64,000 nt of DNA, taken from assembly GCA_044892505.1 (NCBI GenBank), contig CM097883.1, forward strand, positions 257,300,001 through 257,364,000, written 5' to 3'. Both the position numbers and the translations under genes were made by a program. How positions within the stretch are numbered: position 1 is the first letter of the stretch; each line of letters opens with the position of its first letter. The DNA is from Schmidtea nova (lineage: Eukaryota). Of the stretch, positions 1 through 12,633 are shown piece by piece. The notes below the pieces were generated by a model. That model was not told the origin of the DNA. It was given only the letters and a program-made list of their open reading frames with translations, and searched no databases.

Positions 1-114
1 ATGGCTATAACAACTACAATACTAAATCTACATGACAACACTATTAACAAAACGAACATTTCAGAATTCTTTAAAACATTTATTTAATTTAAAAACAGGC
101 GGCCATTGATTCAG

Positions 115-591
115 CTATTCATCCTCGATCATTTTTCCTCGATACGAAAATACCGAGCGGATCTGCAAATTTGTATGGATTCCTGTGTTATTGGACGAGG
201 CCTGCTGGAAACGGATTCTCTCAGCTTCTCGGAGGGGTCGGATGGCTGTATTGAACTTGAACCCCAATTCCTTGAAGGTAGAGGCTGGAATGAACCCCCA
301 ATAAATGACACATCTCGGGAATCCACCTTTGTCCAACATCATGATGAACCAGGCGGCGTGCCATGATTCGTATTCCTCGTCTGGGATGATTGGCCAACTA
401 GCGCATCCCCGGTACCATACGTGATGCCGTGGATGGTCCCATACTGTAAATGGACAGGCGGTTTCGAGCTCTCGGCGCCATGCCCACATCTTTTGATGGA
501 TTTGCTGTAAAATCTCGAAAGGAGCCGGCTTTAATGGGCTAACTCGGGCTCGTTCTTGTCGTTTTTTGATAGTGTATCTATGCTTAGCCAT
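115..591 (-). CDS. Orphan intronless 158-aa ORF, function unknown
   Basis: ATG..TAG with no internal stop and higher GC than its flanks. TATAAAA lies ~20 nt upstream (612-618, minus) and an AATAAA lies downstream. No recognised domain. Confidence 0.45.
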   Translation of the reverse strand: MAKHRYTIKKRQERARVSPLKPAPFEILQQIHQKMWAWRRELETACPFTVWDHPRHHVWYRGCASWPIIPDEEYESWHAAWFIMMLDKGGFPRCVIYWGFIPASTFKELGFKFNTAIRPLREAERIRFQQASSNNTGIHTNLQIRSVFSYRGKMIEDE

Positions 592-2329
592 GATTCCAAA
601 ACGATGCTGAATTTTATAATAGTTACAATTTACATCAATAATTAATCATAGTAAATGTTATCTCTCATCGTGATTCCTTTATTATTTGCCTTCCCCTTAG
701 ACCTTAGCTGAAATCAAGAAAAAACTGTTGTTTGTTACAGTATGCATTACTCTCGTATCTACTTAGCTTTATCGGTTTATGATCAATTTGCTAGACGAAA
801 AAATGGTGATTTGTCTGCTTGGAGTTTCAAAATATTGGTATTTCAAAACGGAAGCTCTCTCCCGTCATGTATCCCTAGCTTATTCGAAAAACGCTCTTTT
901 GTACCAAACGCGGTCGACATAATTTTCCTAAGGTTTATTAGACGTTTATTAAACAGCTGCGCTATGGTGAGGGTGAAAAATTGTGCCTCCTCCCGGTTAA
1001 CAACTTCTTTCATATCTTTAAGCTTTATCAAAAAATTCTCGTCCCCTCTGTAGCTAAAATGATCAGAAAATAATTTTCCGGATTTGTTGGGTGTCCCATG
1101 TGCAAGTCTCAACCACTACTGATAAAATTATGCTTTACTATTTATTACTTTACCGTGTGTGGAGCCCTCGAGCACCACGCCACGGACGGACACCTTGGGA
1201 ACCTAAAGCTCCCAACGGCGCAAAATTAATATGATCATTATATATTTTAATGTTGAGTCCAATCACAATAACGTTTAATTCATATAACAAATTTCAACAC
1301 ATGAATGCATAAACACATAAATAATTAGATCAATAGATAAATGACAAAGCAAATGACACAATCATGAATAAAATAATACAGAAACCAAAATACCTAATTC
1401 GTCTGGGTTTGCTTCGATCGGTTCGTCTAGAATTCAAAGTCTATTTGATTAGTGAGCTAAATTTTACACTCTCAACTGACGTTGTAAGATTAGGTATTAA
1501 GTCTGTTTTATCCAAAGTCTGATCAGTATTTATACTGATCAGTCTGATCTAGACTGACCAATCGGATTTGGCCGATTTCATGGTGGGTTTTAATTATTGT
1601 TTTTGATTCTAATTAATTTTTATTTTTTAGATTGTATTCTTCCTTGGAGGTCCGGGTTTCAAAAACAATTATTCAATAACAAGTACTTTTATTTGGTTTT
1701 AATTATTATTATTTGTATTTTATTTGTTTTTAGATGTCTCCTGGGCCCGTTAATATCTGTAAATTCATTTATTTTTATTTATAGCTTGTACTTAGTTATT
1801 CTATATTTTTACTATATTATTCCTTTCTTTTAATAAATAAATATTCCCCTTTTTACCTTATTTTTCTCTTTTTTGTTTTAATTAATCTACTTTTATTTCA
1901 TTTTTTTCTCTATTTGGCTGGCCCAACACTTGGCTTGTTTGTGTCTCGTTTGACATTGAGTAAAAATTAAGTCTTCTAGTCTCGAAAGTCCATCTGCAGT
2001 TGAATATCTTTTCATGTTTTGTATTCCAGTTCGAAGTCATATTAAGAGAGATAAGGTAGCCAGGTCTCAAATTTGGGAATGATTAGCGCCTTTGTAGTAT
2101 TCATAAATACCGATGCATTATGATGCTCGCAAACTGTGACCTTTTTGCATAAAAATATTCTCTAAATTACATAATTTATTCGTGTATCGCAAGAAATTCC
2201 TTCTTATTGAAATGTTATTCTAAATGTGCGAAAACTAGTTACTGTTGCTCTCATTCAATAACCTTACATATTAACATTGACGAAACCAAATTGTTACCCG
2301 TTACAGTTTAACGTTGGTACTACCGTATC

Positions 2330-3888
2330 CAGAGGTGGATTTAGGTCAGTTGAGGCCCGGGGCGCAGAAAGAAATATTGGGCCCCCCAATAAAACGCGAG
2401 ACTAGGAAAATAAAAATACGTATTAATCAATAATATTTAAAAATAAAATATGTGTAATATAATTAACAGCATAACAATAATCACAAAGTTTGCTACTGAT
2501 AGTTGAACATATATAGGTTTTTAAAAGTATAATTATAATAAATTTATTAATAGTATCAGAGAAACAATCAAAAATGAGAACGTAAAAATCATAGAATTGT
2601 ATTTATATATAATAAATATTTCATAATTATGAAAATGTTTAAATAATTTTTTTCTTGCTTTTCGTTTTGCAAACTTATTAATTATCTCATCACAATCAAT
2701 AATTTCGAGTAAATCGTTCTCTATATATAAAATAGCCATATTATTAAGACTTTCCTCTGACATTGAATTTCTTAGATAAATTTTTCTGTAAAAATTATCT
2801 TTACAGAAGCCTTTGTAGTAAATGCGATCACCGTGTTTATAGACCGATTTAAATTTAGTTATATCGCCTACATTTTTTGGTTTATTTGCAATTAAAAATT
2901 CAATCATTTTATCACATAAAACGTTAGACCAGACAGCAATATCTTGTAATGAAACTTTGAATGGTATATATTCCGTTTGCGTTTCAACATTTTCTAATGG
3001 ATCTATATTTTTTTCTATTGGTTTTTCACCTGGTTGACTATTGAATGGTTCTTCATTTTTGTTATCATTGCTGCTTTCTATACCTTGATTTTCAACTTCA
3101 ACTAACTCTTTTCTTTGACTAATGAAAGCTCCTTGTTCTTCATTTTCATTGTTGCTCGAATTATGATGGCCTGAATGATCATGACCTGTAATAAATTTGT
3201 CCAATGCTCCTTTCAATTGGTTGCCAGCTTGCTCGCGTCTTTTTTTAATTTGTCTTTTTAGCTCCTGATAGATTTCGCTTCATTTTCCTGCTACCAAAGA
3301 AATGGAAATATAAAATTTAATAGTTTAAATGATTAAAATATTTGAGAAGGGATTTTGTGTTAAATATCAATAAATTAATGATTAATATAAATTAAAAATT
3401 TATTCATAAACTACGAAAAAATTCAATTTGTATTTTATTCATTCTTAAAAAACCAATTGAACCATTATAAAATTTTCAGATGAAAAAAAACTAATTGATA
3501 TTTTTAGAGCTAAAAATATTTAAAATTCAAACATTGAAATTTTTATTACTTTCTCGTATGTGTTTATATTTTGTTTTTATAAAGAGAGCAACATATTTAT
3601 CTTAAGCATTGTTTATCATTTATCATATGCATTTTAAATAAACGAACTATTAAATGCCGTATTTAGTTATAACTTATAACTTCTTGTTTCATTAAAACAT
3701 TTCTCATCAGTTTTACAGATCAGTATTTAAAAAATAATTTTAAAAAAGTAAATTGTATGTAATTGAAATTGCACATATGAAACCCAACTTGTCATTAAAA
3801 AAAGTGTAAAATTAGATATTTGCGGGGCCCCCTAGATGTCGGGGCCTGGGGCGCGCGCCCCCTGCGCCCTTGCGTAAATCCGCCTCTG
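2330..3888 (-). mobile_element. Internally deleted hAT DNA transposon
   Basis: TIRs CAGAGGTGGATTTA (2330) and TAAATCCGCCTCTG (ends 3888); 8-bp TSD ACCGTATC / ATCGTATC (7/8); GC-rich subterminal repeats. Confidence 0.9.
2533..3283 (-). pseudogene. hAT transposase remnant: N-terminus fused to C-terminal dimerisation region, catalytic core deleted
   Basis: ATG at 3283 (MKRNLSGAKK, then frameshift). N-terminal sequence runs directly into YLRNSMSEESLNNMAILYIENDLLEIIDCDEIINKFAKRKARK, a typical hAT C-terminus; junction near 2780. Confidence 0.8.
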
Positions 3889-4399
3889 ATCGTATCGAAT
3901 ACCGAAAGGTTTTTTGAATACCAGTATTTTTTAAGTAGGTAGAAGTGTGGAGCCGGGAACAAAGACAAATGACTCATCGATGACTCATAACAAATAACAT
4001 CAGTCACCCTTATCCCCGGGGGTAGAAAATTTTAAATTTGAATTTACAAAGGTTAAATAAGGTCAAAGTTTCAAACGCGGGTATCATTCGAAAGGTCTTT
4101 GAGAAGTCTTTACAATGGTCATACCTTCGAAAGTTAAAAAAATTAATAAAATTTGAGTAGATAATATAAAATGTACTGAATTCATAGCTCAATTTACTTG
4201 CTGATATATAAAAAAATTAATATTTTGTCAATGATACTCAGAAAATGATCACTAATTTTCAACAAGCTCTTTATTGATACACATAGAAATATTTTTTTTG
4301 AATTTATTTTTGACCATATTACATTATTTATTTTGTACATATAGGAATAAATATTTAATGATACACTTTCATCAATGATATATTTTGCAGAACCTTGCT

Positions 4400-5434
4400 N
4401 NNNNNNNNNNNNNNNNNNNNNNNNNNNNNNNNNNNNNNNNNNNNNNNNNNNNNNNNNNNNNNNNNNNNNNNNNNNNNNNNNNNNNNNNNNNNNNNNNNNN
4501 NNNNNNNNNNNNNNNNNNNNNNNNNNNNNNNNNNNNNNNNNNNNNNNNNNNNNNNNNNNNNNNNNNNNNNNNNNNNGATTATTTGATAATCGAAAATTTT
4601 CTCACTTAATAAAATTATTATTTTTGCAGCAAAGNNNNNNNNNNNNNNNNNNNNNNNNNNNNNNNNNNNNNNNNNNNNNNNNNNNNNNNNNNNNNNNNNN
4701 NNNNNNNNNNNNNNNNNNNNNNNNNNNNNNNNNNNNNNNNNNNNNNNNNNNNNNNNNNNNNNNNNNNNNNNNNNNNNNNNNNNNNNNNNNNNNNNNNNNN
4801 NNNNNNNNNNNNNNNNNNNNNNNNAATGAATCGAATTCATAATATTTATTAATTAACAAATTGCTTGATGGTTCCTTCGACGAAATATGCAATCCATTTG
4901 TTGGTAGGACTGTCATTGAGTTTGACGGTATTCGAGATATGAACGGTTTTGTAAATGTTTCAGAAGCAGCGTTTATAGATTGTGTTTTTTCGTTGGAGTG
5001 AATTAACTTCGCAGTAGAACTAGTTGAAACGGCATTTGAAAAGCCTATTTTGATTCACTGGTGGATATAGTTGATGATGTTTGACCAAATTACAATCATG
5101 TTGAACAAACTATTGTTTCTGGTTTCTTTTCGATCGAGAGAGAAAAAAATGTTGAAGTTGCCATTTTTAGAATATCGAGAAAAAGATATCGATAAAAAGT
5201 GAATATTAGAACAATGCAATTTAACTATCATTCGATAATTATTTAATAAGTTAATTAATTAAAAAAAGAAATTNNNNNNNNNNNNNNNNNNNNNNNNNNN
5301 NNNNNNNNNNNNNNNNNNNNNNNNNNNNNNNNNNNNNNNNNNNNNNNNNNNNNNNNNNNNNNNNNNNNNNNNNNNNNNNNNNNNNNNNNNNNNNNNNNNN
5401 NNNNNNNNNNNNNNNNNNNNNNNNNNNNNNNNNN
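4400..5434. other. Assembly gaps 4400-4576, 4635-4824, 5274-5434 (others at 10188-10598 and 36304-36447)
   Basis: Runs of N. Confidence 1.
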
Positions 5435-5515
5435 TTCACCTTTGATCTTTTTTTATTATTATTATCAATAATTCTCATAATGACTATAGATCAAAATTTT
5501 TTTTTATAAACAATA

Positions 5516-5548
5516 ACACAATATTTCGGCACAGCCTTTATCAAGTGT
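5516..5548 (-). ncRNA. Minimal type I hammerhead ribozyme motif, U3-A8 variant (inverted copy)
   Basis: Reverse complement of ACAC-TTGATAA-A-GGC TGT GCC-GAAA-TAT-T-GTGT. Confidence 0.65.
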
Positions 5549-5561
5549 GTATTTCAAATAC

Positions 5562-5594
5562 ACACTTGATAAAGGCTGTGCCGAAATATTGTGT
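5562..5594 (+). ncRNA. Minimal type I hammerhead ribozyme motif, U3-A8 variant
   Basis: Stem I ACAC/GTGT, core UUGAUAA, stem II GGC/GCC, GAAA, palindromic helix III AATATT, AUU cleavage triplet. Confidence 0.65.
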
Positions 5595-5653
5595 TATTGT
5601 TTATAAAAAAAAATTTTGATCTATAGTCATTATGAGAATTATTGATAATAATA

Positions 5654-5690
<37 letters not shown>

Positions 5691-6397
5691 ATTATTATTT
5701 TTAAAATTTAAAATTTTATTAGTTATTGTGTGTGTCACATATCTTTATTAGTTTGGCTTGCATCTGCATTGCAATGTCTTTTTTTAAATTGGTTGTAGGA
5801 ATTTTTTTTAATTGGGGTAGTACAGTTTTTTTTCAAAGACACACAACATCAAGGTATGATACTTATTTATAAATTATTTTTTGTTTGATATGTATATTTA
5901 AGGGTTTTAAAATTTTGAACCTTGGACCCTTGGACCATCATACTCATTTGTCAATTATCTTTTGTTTGATATACATATTATAAGGTTTTTCAACTTTTGA
6001 ACCTTAGACTCTTCGAGGGTATGACCATCGTACTTACCTTTCAATTACTTGTTAATAAATATGTTAATAAATATGTTAATGCTGTATTTTTTATTATTTT
6101 TATTTTATGTAATGTGTATATTAATATTATGGTCATTTTTATTATTATTATTATGTTCGGCGCTTTTATCATCGCGGGCGGCCGGGTGTATGTTCTTTCC
6201 CCCCCCTTTTTATAGTTAGTTGATTTATGGCAATTATGCCTTTAAAAAATAATAATTTAAATAATTAAAGTAAAATAATAGATGACGCAATTTCTATAGT
6301 AAACGAGTTTACTATAGAAATTGTCAAGACAAATAAATGAAATTGATTATTTAAAAAAGATAAATAAAACGTATAGTGATACTGAAACTAAAAAATT

Positions 6398-6465
6398 ACA
6401 AAGATTACAATGATTACAAAGATTACAAAGATTACAAAGATTACAAAGATTACTAAAATTACAAT
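6398..6465 (+). repeat. 9-bp minisatellite (AAAGATTAC)n, about 6-7 units
   Basis: Direct reading of tandem units. Confidence 0.85.
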
Positions 6466-6913
6466 TCCTTTTGAAGAGATTAGTATTCGGTCAAACAATA
6501 ATTTATACTTTATCAATCTACAGAAAACCAAATTAAAGAATTATTGAATATTGCTTGAAAAGAAACAGCAGATAGAAACAGAAAAAGAGAAGAATTAATT
6601 ATTTTCTACGGAAATCACTTCAATAACATTAATTCACTAACCTCTACGTGAGTAGTATTTCTGTTTTTAAATACTGTTCAATTGTTTGGTATTTGTTAGT
6701 TGTTATTTTTATTTCATTTGAGACTTTTGTAACCCTACATTACATATACAGGCACCCCGACTGTCTCAACATAATTTTGGAGGACTCTCTCGGGCTTTTC
6801 AAGATCTCTCTCACACAACTCTTATTCATTATCTATACAAATATTAATAAAAAAAGCATTTTCCTATATGTCTTCCACACAATACATAGCCATCCTCGAT
6901 ATAAAAACAAACT

Positions 6914-6918
<5 letters not shown>

Positions 6919-6946
<28 letters not shown>
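6919..6946. repeat. (TA)n microsatellite
   Basis: Direct reading. Confidence 0.95.
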
Positions 6947-6950
<4 letters not shown>

Positions 6951-7880
6951 AAGTTCGAAACAATTTAAGGTTTTGGACCCTATGAAGTAGTAGTACCCAC
7001 CGTAGACCTTCGAAAGTATGACCATCCTCTCAATTACCTCTTTTTAATGATACATATTATAAGGTTTGAACAAACTTAAAGGTTCTAGACTCTTTGCAGG
7101 TTCAAGACCCACCAAAAACTTTTGAGGGTTTGACCGTTGTGTAGACCTCTCAAAGAACATTCGAATGATACCTTTGTTTAAAGGTTTGACCTTATTTAAC
7201 TTTTAGGAATTCAAATTTAAAATTTGAATTTGAAATGAGTCATCGATGACGTCAAAAATTCAAATTTGAAATGAGTTATCGATTAATCATCGATGAGCCA
7301 TATCGATTAGGCATGATTTTCTTACCACTGGGGTATGGATGACTCATGTTCTGTGTTATGAGTCAGCGATGAATCATATGCCTTTGTTCACATTTCCACA
7401 CTTTTACCTACTGATATAGGCTATGCATTTTTTGAATTTTTTACACAGTTGTTTATTTAACTTTATTCTTATTTTGTAATATTTTGTGCTCAATAAACAT
7501 GCTTATTGTTAACATTGCTCTTGTTTTGATATTTATCATAATACATATGAATTATGTTTTAACCGGTTTGGTGACAACATCACGAAAAAAACAAAAATCA
7601 CGATTTAAAAAAAACAACAGTGGCGCGAATTTTAAAATAAAGTCGTAATCTCGTATTTCCCAACACTTCAAAACCCCTAAATAGCAATAAACATGAGAAT
7701 GGAAATTTGAAAAATTGTACGGTCACTTAATTATTGACGTATATATCTTCAAAATATTTTATGTATTGTGCCATAATATTAAGATATTAAAGTTTTTATT
7801 GGAATGGACCTAACCTAACCAAAACCAAAAATACCTCACCATTTACAATGGATTGTTAATTTAATTATGGTTAATTAATA

Positions 7881-9963
7881 CAATGAAACCTTGGATTGCG
7901 AGTATTTTGCAAGACGAGCAAATTTTTAAAATAAATTTTAACTTGATAATCGAGCTAAGTCTTGTATATGAGTAACATGTATGCGCATGTCTACCAATCG
8001 TCACGTTCGGTTTCAGTCAGTCAGTGTCTGTGTGCTTTATATATTTACTCAACATACGCACGAAGTATTGTTTATTTTCTTTCTAAACATGGTTAATGAG
8101 TATTCTTTGATAACAGTACTGTAACCATGACTCCCAAAAAGAAAACTGTTGAAAAAAAAGTGATAAGAAGAAAATGATTACGGTGGAAGTCATAAAGGAA
8201 ATCATTGAGAAGCACACATGAGGTATGCAAGTGGTTGACATCGAAAGATTTTATAATAAGTCTGCATCGACTATTTGCGCAATACTAAAGAAGAAAAAAG
8301 AATTAAGAGGGCTAGATGTAGCAAAAGGAGTCACATGACTATCAAAACAACAGCCATGTGTTCTGGAAGATGTAAAAAAAGTTGCTTTTCGTGTGGATAA
8401 ACGAGAAACAACTAGCAGGTGATGCTGTGATGGAAAACTGTATCTGTGAGAAAGCAAAGAATTTGTACGCCGACCTCATAAGTAAACTACCAGATACGTC
8501 CATAAGATACGAAGAAGGCTTCAAAGAGAGCAGGGGCTGGTTTGATAACTTTAAGAAGAGAAGTGGAATCCATAGTATTTGCAACACGGTGAAACTGCGA
8601 GTTTGGACGTTAAGGCAGCTGAGGTGTTCACCAACGGATTTTCGAAACTCTACTACAGCAAGTTTTTAACTGAGATGAAACAGAGCTTTTTTGGAAAAAA
8701 GATGCTAAAGAGGACTTACATTAATATAGAAGAGAATACAATGCCTGGTCACAAGCCCATGGAAGACCGTCTCACCCTCTTGTTTTGTGCTAATGCAAGC
8801 AGGGATTTTAAAATTAAGCCCTTGCTGGTGTATCATTCCGAGAATCCACGAGCCTTCAAAAAATGCAAGGTGCAGAAGATTCATTTAAAAATTATGTGGA
8901 GGTCCAACAGCAAAGCTTGGGTCACTCCTATCTTGTTCGTTGAGTGGACTAATAAGGTCTTCGGTCCTACAGTAAAAAAAATACCTTTTAGAAAATAATT
9001 TGCCACTCAAACGTTTGCTAATTATGGACAATGTCCCTGTTCATCCTCCAGGTCTCGAAAATGGCTTACTGGAGGAATTCGAGCTCATTAAGGTGAAGTT
9101 CCTTCCTCCCAATACCACTCCACTACTTCAGGACATGGATCAGCAAGTCATTTCAAACTTTAAAAGGCTATACACCAAAGCTTTATTTCAGTGATGCTTT
9201 GAGGTAACTGAAGGAACAATTTTTATCCTCCGAGAATTCTGGAAAAATCATTTGCACAGTGTGAACTGTCTCAAGATAATAAATAAAGCTTGGAATGGGG
9301 CGCCAAGAGAAAGCTGAATTCTGCTTGGAGAAAACTGTGAAATAACTGAGATAATTCTAGGAGGTAACTGTGAGGGGTTAGCTCTCGAAGAGGAATGCCA
9401 GTTCTCGATGAAATTGTCTTCTTGGGGAAGAACATGGGACTGGAAGTGAATGAGGTCGACATTCAAGAGTTGGTGGAGAAACATGGCCAGGAGCTGACTT
9501 TCGACAAGATAATAGATCTACATCGCGAGCAACAGCAAAGGTTTATGGAGGAGATCTGGTGTGAGAAATACAAGAAAAGGAGGAGGAATCACTCACTTCA
9601 AATTAAATTAAGAACATGTGGGAAATGTGGGAAACAGTCTAAAGTGTTGTAGAAAGACACTTTCGGGAAATTATAAAGAGAAGGCAGTAGCAAATGTCCC
9701 TTAATAGTTTCGTCGTTAGAGTTGCACAAAAAGTAAAAGATTCCAGTGTTCCAAACGCAAATTAATTGCATGTGTATTATTTTTATGAACCTATATGTAT
9801 TAAACATTTTATATAAACATTTTATTTGAATAAATATTTTGTTGTGGAACAAATAATTGGGGTTTTCATTATTTGCTATGAGTTATTCGCTTTGATATAC
9901 GAGTGCTTCTGATTACAAGTACGTTCCCGGAACGAATAAAGCTCGGTAACCGAGATACTACTG
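7881..9963 (+). mobile_element. pogo/Tigger (Tc1-mariner superfamily) DNA transposon, decayed
   Basis: TA-flanked ends CAATGAAACCTTGGATTGCGAG and CTCGGTAACCGAGATACTACTG (diverged TIRs) enclosing a Tigger-type transposase. Confidence 0.8.
8127..9652 (+). pseudogene. Tigger transposase (CENP-B-type HTH + DDE) with stops and frameshifts
   Basis: Fragments FKESRGWFDNFKKRSGIH, DRLTLLFCANAS, KIKPLLVYHSENPRAFK, NSKAWVT, LLIMDNVPVHP, FLPPNTTPLLQDMDQQVISNFKRLY. Confidence 0.9.
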
Positions 9964-10122
9964 TATAACAGTTTTATAGTCATATATTTTTAATTTAACA
10001 TTAAAAATTTAAATTTATGAAAAATGTAAATAAATTTTCAGACTGTACTTTTAATTTTCGATGTAATATTGTCAAAACAAAATTAGGCATTTAGTCACAA
10101 CTGTCATCCATATTCGGGATTT

Positions 10123-10622
10123 GGTACTTCTATACTTCCCCCCCCTTTGATTTTTGGCATGCCTCAAAATGTTTTGGCATGCGTGTANNNNNNNNNNNNN
10201 NNNNNNNNNNNNNNNNNNNNNNNNNNNNNNNNNNNNNNNNNNNNNNNNNNNNNNNNNNNNNNNNNNNNNNNNNNNNNNNNNNNNNNNNNNNNNNNNNNNN
10301 NNNNNNNNNNNNNNNNNNNNNNNNNNNNNNNNNNNNNNNNNNNNNNNNNNNNNNNNNNNNNNNNNNNNNNNNNNNNNNNNNNNNNNNNNNNNNNNNNNNN
10401 NNNNNNNNNNNNNNNNNNNNNNNNNNNNNNNNNNNNNNNNNNNNNNNNNNNNNNNNNNNNNNNNNNNNNNNNNNNNNNNNNNNNNNNNNNNNNNNNNNNN
10501 NNNNNNNNNNNNNNNNNNNNNNNNNNNNNNNNNNNNNNNNNNNNNNNNNNNNNNNNNNNNNNNNNNNNNNNNNNNNNNNNNNNNNNNNNNNNNNNNNNAA
10601 AGGGGGGAAGTATAGAAGTACC
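10123..10622. mobile_element. MITE with 5'-GG TIRs and 8-bp TSD (Merlin/IS1016-like; hAT not excluded), interior gapped
   Basis: TIR GGTACTTCTATACTTCCCCCC / GGGGGGAAGTATAGAAGTACC; exact TSD CGGGATTT at 10115-10122 and 10623-10630. Confidence 0.8.
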
Positions 10623-11952
10623 CGGGATTTTGTCACCACGCGGTTTCAACCTACCCTAATTATATGTGAGCCAATTGTTACTGATTTACTAGTACAATCT
10701 TCATACCGATCAATAACATTTACTTCCTGAACAGGAATAATTGAAAATATTTCTAAGTAATAAAATAATAATTTCACGTGTAAAATATTTACTGATTATC
10801 TGTAACTAGCATGTATTTTCTTTAAAATTTCTTTCATTTATAATTTACATTAGCTTTAGTAAATTTATTTTTCTTTTTTTCGAGTTATATATGTAAATCA
10901 AAATATTGTTTTTTTCAAATTTAAATCTCATGATAAATTATAGTAAAATATGACATTTTGAAAAGTATTTCCCCGTTTCTAGAGTTATTTTTTTGAAAAA
11001 AATGTTAATTGAACATTTTAAAATGATTCATTAAATATAAATATTTTTTTTCATTAAATTTAAAACTGAATTCGTCGGATATGGCAATATATTCGGGTCA
11101 CTTTTGGACTGAGTGAAAATTTTTTTGGTCTTTGGAATTTAAATTATTGATAATATTTTGCTTCTAGATTCAAACAATGAAATGGTTATATAAAACAAAA
11201 AAGTACCTATTTTGTCTTCGCGGACACAGAAAGCATCATTTATGTATTTTTAAAATTGTATAATTAACAATGCGAATTAAGATATATTTAACCTTCATCA
11301 GTCCCTCAAAATAAGTATTACTAAAATCCCTTCGGTCAAAATAGGCCATATATGGATTTACATCAAAAAGCAGTAAATTTTATATTTTTTGGTAATTTAT
11401 TGTTAATAAATTCAAATAGAAAAGAACAAAATATTACACATAAATTCAATACAAAACATTTTCTTTGGATCAAAGTAGAGACGAGGGATTTATGAAGGTT
11501 AAAAACATATTTAATATTTGAATGGCAATATAATGTTGGAGTTTCACTCACTTTTGAATTAACAATCCAAAATGTCTTTTATAGCTCTTAATATTTATTC
11601 AAGTTAAATTTCAAAAATTTTGATTATTAATAATGATGTGAAACATTAATTTTTAATTTCCATATAAACAAGATGTTTTAATATCAAGAAAGTTTTATTG
11701 ATAATCAATAAAAACTTGACATATTGAAAATATATTTAACAATCGAAAAACACGTTTTCATGATGCATATCAAACAATAGAAAATAAAGATGACGGAAAC
11801 TGGTTTATCAATATTACAATCCAAAAATATAAGTGTGCTTAATTTAATTATTATTTAATTTAATTTCAATTGTTTTAATAGGCAGTTAATGTTATAGAAT
11901 AAATATTCAAAAACTCGTTAATTATTTTTACTACAAACTATCGCGGCCATCG

Positions 11953-12633
11953 ATGGAAATTTTGAAATATCTGGAAAAATTCGATGGAACCGACAATGTT
12001 GCAAGCTGGTTTGCTCAACTATAATCAATTGTAAAAAGGTTGAAGATAGAAACTATAGAAGTTTTTATGGCTATTCTTTTGAAAAGCGATGCATTTGCCG
12101 TCTACGAACATTTATCAGAAAAGGACAAGGCTAGTTTTGAAGCAATCGAGGATGCATTAGAAAAAGCTTTTTCTCCAAGTATGATTTTATCATACGAAAA
12201 AATGAGAAATTGTAGATGGACTGGAGGATCAGTGGATGTATTTTTGGCCGATCTAAGATTTCATGCAAGAGTGAATGAGAACTCTGTTAGGAATGCTTTT
12301 GTCTTAGGACTACCTAAAGACGTGTCGAGATTGTTGCAGGCTACTCCAAAGATTGATACTATGCCAATGGAGGATATTATTCAGATAACACGGGCAATGA
12401 TGAATACGAGAGTTCAAGACATTGAATGTGTCAACGTTGCATATAACAAAGTAAAACCTTGTTCTCATTGCGATAAGATTGACCACGTAGCTGAACCTTG
12501 TTTTAAGATGTTTGGTACAAGGTGTTGGTCTTGTAGCGGCACCGATCACATATCTAGAGTATGTCCAAATAACAATTCAAAAAACGACAACGTGGTAACA
12601 CTAACGCCGGTGTCTACTTCATTGAACCAGTAA
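11953..12633 (+). pseudogene. gag: gag with zinc-knuckle-like motifs (one early stop)
   Basis: MEILKYLEKFDGT...; CSHCDKIDHVAEPC and CWSCSGTDHISRVC. Confidence 0.85.

Larger units (their letters stand above)
5454..5656. repeat. Perfect palindrome (~101-bp arms, 1-nt spacer at 5555) made of two inverted copies of the hammerhead-bearing short element
   Basis: ...TCAAGTGTGTATTT-C-AAATACACACTTGA...; the right arm is essentially identical to 26170-26261. Confidence 0.95.
3934..7412. mobile_element. Long imperfect inverted-repeat element (AGTAGG...CCTACT termini), Maverick/foldback-like, non-autonomous
   Basis: ~3934-4200 is an imperfect reverse complement of ~7000-7412. Termini are AGTAGG/CCTACT as in the 35768-44889 element, with subterminal repeats also at 5880-6060. 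No matching TSD (TTTTTA vs GATATA) and three gaps inside. Confidence 0.5.

Noticed and set aside
4355-4916. ORFs spanning N runs (also 5251-5478, 10130-10730, 36275-36563)
   Set aside because: Artefacts of gaps lacking stop codons.
11834-11947. Tf1-style self-priming for the LTR elements
   Set aside because: No complement of the PBS found in any LTR.
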